From Thalassobaculaceae bacterium (GTDB lineage Bacteria; Pseudomonadota; Alphaproteobacteria; Thalassobaculales; Thalassobaculaceae), in NCBI GenBank assembly GCA_965228875.1, contig OZ245843.1:3392616-3456615 (forward strand): a stretch of DNA of 64,000 bases. Reading direction: 5' to 3'. Shown here piece by piece: positions 61,491 to 64,000 of this stretch (position 1 is the first letter of the stretch; each line of letters begins with the position of its first letter). The position numbers were made by a program, and so were the translations under genes. The notes below the pieces were generated by a model. The model did no database searches and had not been told where the DNA came from. It saw only the letters and a list, made by a program, of their open reading frames with translations.

Positions 61491-63023
61491 TCACCCCTCC
61501 GCCCGCCGGTACTTCACCATGAAGACGAAGGGGATGATGGCGAAGCAGGTGGCGGCATAGAGGTAGAAGGCGTTGATGTAGCCGAGCATCGTCGCCTGCC
61601 GCCGCATCTCCGCCCCCAACCCGGCCAGGGCCCGCTCGCTGTCGGTCGGCCAGTCGCCGCGCAGGGCCAACAGGCTGTTCGCCTCGGCGAAGATCGACAC
61701 GAACGGCACCAGTTCGGTGTAACCGGCCGCCGTGGTCCGGATCACCAGGGCGATGGTCACGGAGATGAAGATCGACGAGCCGACGTTGCGGATCAGGTGA
61801 TAGATCGCCGTCGCCTCGTTCATGAACGCCCGGTCCAGGGTCCGGAAGGTGATGAGCGTGATCGGCACCCAGATGAAACCGACCCCGAACCCGGCCAGAA
61901 GGCTGGTCCAGGCCAGCGCGAAGGGCGACAGGTTGATGTCGAAGGCGCCCATGTAGGCCGCCGCCACCCCCTGCAGCAGGAAACCGACCGTCAACAGCAG
62001 GCGCGGGTCGAACAGCCGGTTGATGAACGCCATCACCACCGAGGCCACCAGGGTACCGAGCCCCCGCAGCGCCATGAACACGCCGATCTCGGCCTCCGGA
62101 TAACCCTGGATGTTGGCCATCATCGGCGGGAACAGCACCATCGGCGTCCACAGCACCATGCCGAACAGAAACATGATGGTGCAGCCGAGCGCGTAGTTGC
62201 GGTCGCGGAACATCGCCAGGTTCAGGAACGGCTTCTCCGCCGTCGCCACGTGGGCGAGGAATAGGTAGAAGGCCAGGGCCGCGACGGCGGCCTCGACGAC
62301 GATCTCGGGGGATTCGAACCAGTCCAGCCGCTGGCCGCGGTCCAGCATGAACTGGAACGAGGCGATGGCGATCGACAGGGTGAGGAACCCGAACCAGTCG
62401 AGCCGCATCGCGCCGGAACGGCGGCGGTCCTGGATCACCACCATGATCGCGGTGATGGCGATCAGGCCGAACGGAACCAGCAGAAAGAACACCCAGCGCC
62501 AGCCGAGCTCCTCGGCCAGGAAGCCGCCGACCGTCGGGCCGATGATCGGGCCGAACACCACGCCCATGGAGAACACCGCCGTGGCCGTGCCGTGCTGGCG
62601 GCGCGGGAAGGTGTCGAGGATGGTCGCCTGCGCCAGGGGCACCAGCGGCGCACCGAACCCGCCCTGCAGGATGCGGAACAGGACCAGTTCCTCCAGGGTC
62701 TGGGCGACGCCGCACAGGAATGAGGCGGCGGTGAAGCCGACCGCGCACCAGAACATCAGGGAGCGCCGGCTGAACCGCGAGGCGAGCCAGCCCGAGGCGG
62801 GGGTCATCACCGCGGTCGCGACGATGTTGAAGGTGACCACCAGGGCGATCTGGTCCGCGGTGGCGGCGAAGGTCCCCTGCATCTTCGGCAGGGCGACGTT
62901 CGCGATCATCACCGTCATCGTGTAGAGCATGGTCACGAAGGTCAGCGAGACCAGGATGACGGCCCGCTGCGCGAAGGTCGTGCCCTCGGCGTCCGGTATC
63001 GCGGATGTGGCGGCGCTCGCCAT
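61491..63023 (-). CDS. DHA2-family MFS efflux permease (EmrB-like)
   Basis: NVALPKMQG, FRILQG, GPIIGPTVGG, LDRGQRLDWFES, RNVGSS. Confidence 0.92.
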   Translation of the reverse strand: MASAATSAIPDAEGTTFAQRAVILVSLTFVTMLYTMTVMIANVALPKMQGTFAATADQIALVVTFNIVATAVMTPASGWLASRFSRRSLMFWCAVGFTAASFLCGVAQTLEELVLFRILQGGFGAPLVPLAQATILDTFPRRQHGTATAVFSMGVVFGPIIGPTVGGFLAEELGWRWVFFLLVPFGLIAITAIMVVIQDRRRSGAMRLDWFGFLTLSIAIASFQFMLDRGQRLDWFESPEIVVEAAVAALAFYLFLAHVATAEKPFLNLAMFRDRNYALGCTIMFLFGMVLWTPMVLFPPMMANIQGYPEAEIGVFMALRGLGTLVASVVMAFINRLFDPRLLLTVGFLLQGVAAAYMGAFDINLSPFALAWTSLLAGFGVGFIWVPITLITFRTLDRAFMNEATAIYHLIRNVGSSIFISVTIALVIRTTAAGYTELVPFVSIFAEANSLLALRGDWPTDSERALAGLGAEMRRQATMLGYINAFYLYAATCFAIIPFVFMVKYRRAEG

Positions 63024-63212
63024 GCGGCCGGTCGGCCTCCTCCCGAATGCAGTCTTGTCGTTGATTTTGCGTCATCATGGCACGGGGAGCGGCGGTCTGT
63101 GACCCACCCAACGACGCCGCCGGGCGCGCGGCGCTTGCCTGACGGGCCGGCTTGGGTATGGTTCGGGCGAGTGGGGCGACGATCCGATCACCCTGAGCCG
63201 AAGGAGACGTCG

Positions 63213-63749
63213 ATGCGCCGACTGGCGTTCGCCGCAAGCATCATCGGAGCGATCATGACGACCGACACCAACGGGGCGGCCGCCGCCGAGCCCGAGAACA
63301 CGCTGATCATGGAACTGAAGGACGGTTCCGTGACCATCGAACTGCGCCCCGACCTGGCGCCGAATCACGTCGAGCGCATCAAGGAACTCACGCGCGAAGG
63401 CTTCTATGACGGGGTGGTGTTCCACCGCGTGATCGAAGGCTTCATGGCCCAGACCGGCGATCCGACCGGCACCGGCCGCGGCGGCTCGGACAAGGACGAC
63501 CTGCGGGCCGAGTTCTCCGACGCCAATTACGGCCGGGGCACCATCGGCATGGCGCGGACCCAGAACCCGAACAGCGCCAACAGCCAGTTCTTCATCTGCT
63601 TCAACGACTGCTCGTTCCTGAACGGCCAGTACACCGTCTGGGGCCAGGTGACCGACGGCATGGAGCATGTCGACGCCATCGCCCGCGGCGAACCGCCGCG
63701 CAACCCGGACAGCATCGTCTCGATGAAGGTCCAGGCGGACACGCAGTAA
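63213..63749 (+). CDS. Cyclophilin-type peptidyl-prolyl cis-trans isomerase
   Basis: FHRVIEGFMAQTGDP, MAR..NPNSANSQFFI, YTVWG; AAGGAG RBS. Confidence 0.95.
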   Translation: MRRLAFAASIIGAIMTTDTNGAAAAEPENTLIMELKDGSVTIELRPDLAPNHVERIKELTREGFYDGVVFHRVIEGFMAQTGDPTGTGRGGSDKDDLRAEFSDANYGRGTIGMARTQNPNSANSQFFICFNDCSFLNGQYTVWGQVTDGMEHVDAIARGEPPRNPDSIVSMKVQADTQ

Positions 63750-63799
63750 CGGCGCCGCGCCTCCTCCGCCCGCCGTCCTGACGCCTGCGGATCCTGTCC

Positions 63800-63838
63800 G
63801 GGTCGGAACGGTGGGTCGGAACGGTGGGGCGGGACGGC
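63800..63838. repeat. 3 x 13-bp tandem repeat
   Basis: GGGTCGGAACGGT x2 plus GGGGCGGGACGGC. Confidence 0.75.
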
Positions 63839-63879
63839 GGAGCGGCCGCCGGCGTTCACTCTTTATCCGGAGACCCTTC

Positions 63880-64000
63880 ATGACCACCCTGATCGCCGGT
63901 GGCTGCGGCTTCATCGGTCTCGCCGTCGCCGAGCGTTACCTCGAGGACGGAGCGGAGGTCGTGCTGTTCGACCGCAATCCGCTGCACCCGGTGGCGAAAT
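63880..64000 (+). CDS. NAD-dependent epimerase/dehydratase family, partial (runs off the window)
   Basis: MTTLIAGGCGFIG...VVLFDR Rossmann start; GGAG RBS. Confidence 0.8.
   Translation, partial: MTTLIAGGCGFIGLAVAERYLEDGAEVVLFDRNPLHPVAK

Overview
High-GC alphaproteobacterial chromosomal segment. Gene order and protein style suggest a Rhodospirillales-like, probably marine or halotolerant organism (inference only). Core loci are mutY/dciA-like/dsbA-like/smc/atpIBEGF and rpmI-rplT-pheST. Metabolic and transport modules include tetronate catabolism (denD, otnI, otnK), a TcuA-like flavoprotein with a GntR regulator, a branched-chain-type ABC importer, modABC, exbB-exbD-exbD-tonB, a xylose-type ABC/oxidative cluster, fpr, a Baeyer-Villiger monooxygenase, cysE and a split MarR-EmrA / EmrB efflux system. 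I found no rRNA, tRNA, CRISPR array, transposase, prophage or defence system. Most notable observations: (1) a fused glycine/sarcosine/dimethylglycine methyltransferase plus metK converging on betC-betB, i.e. two routes to glycine betaine, with betA and betI absent; (2) a ~115-bp double-hairpin repeat in three copies, always at a gene 3' end and twice supplying the TAG stop codon; (3) many short degenerate tandem repeats at gene boundaries; (4) readable candidate operators (Fur-alpha, ROK, FadR-type, Pho, MarR); (5) several enzymes with altered catalytic motifs. All calls come from reading sequence motifs and no database searches were run. I cannot claim a confirmed novel system.
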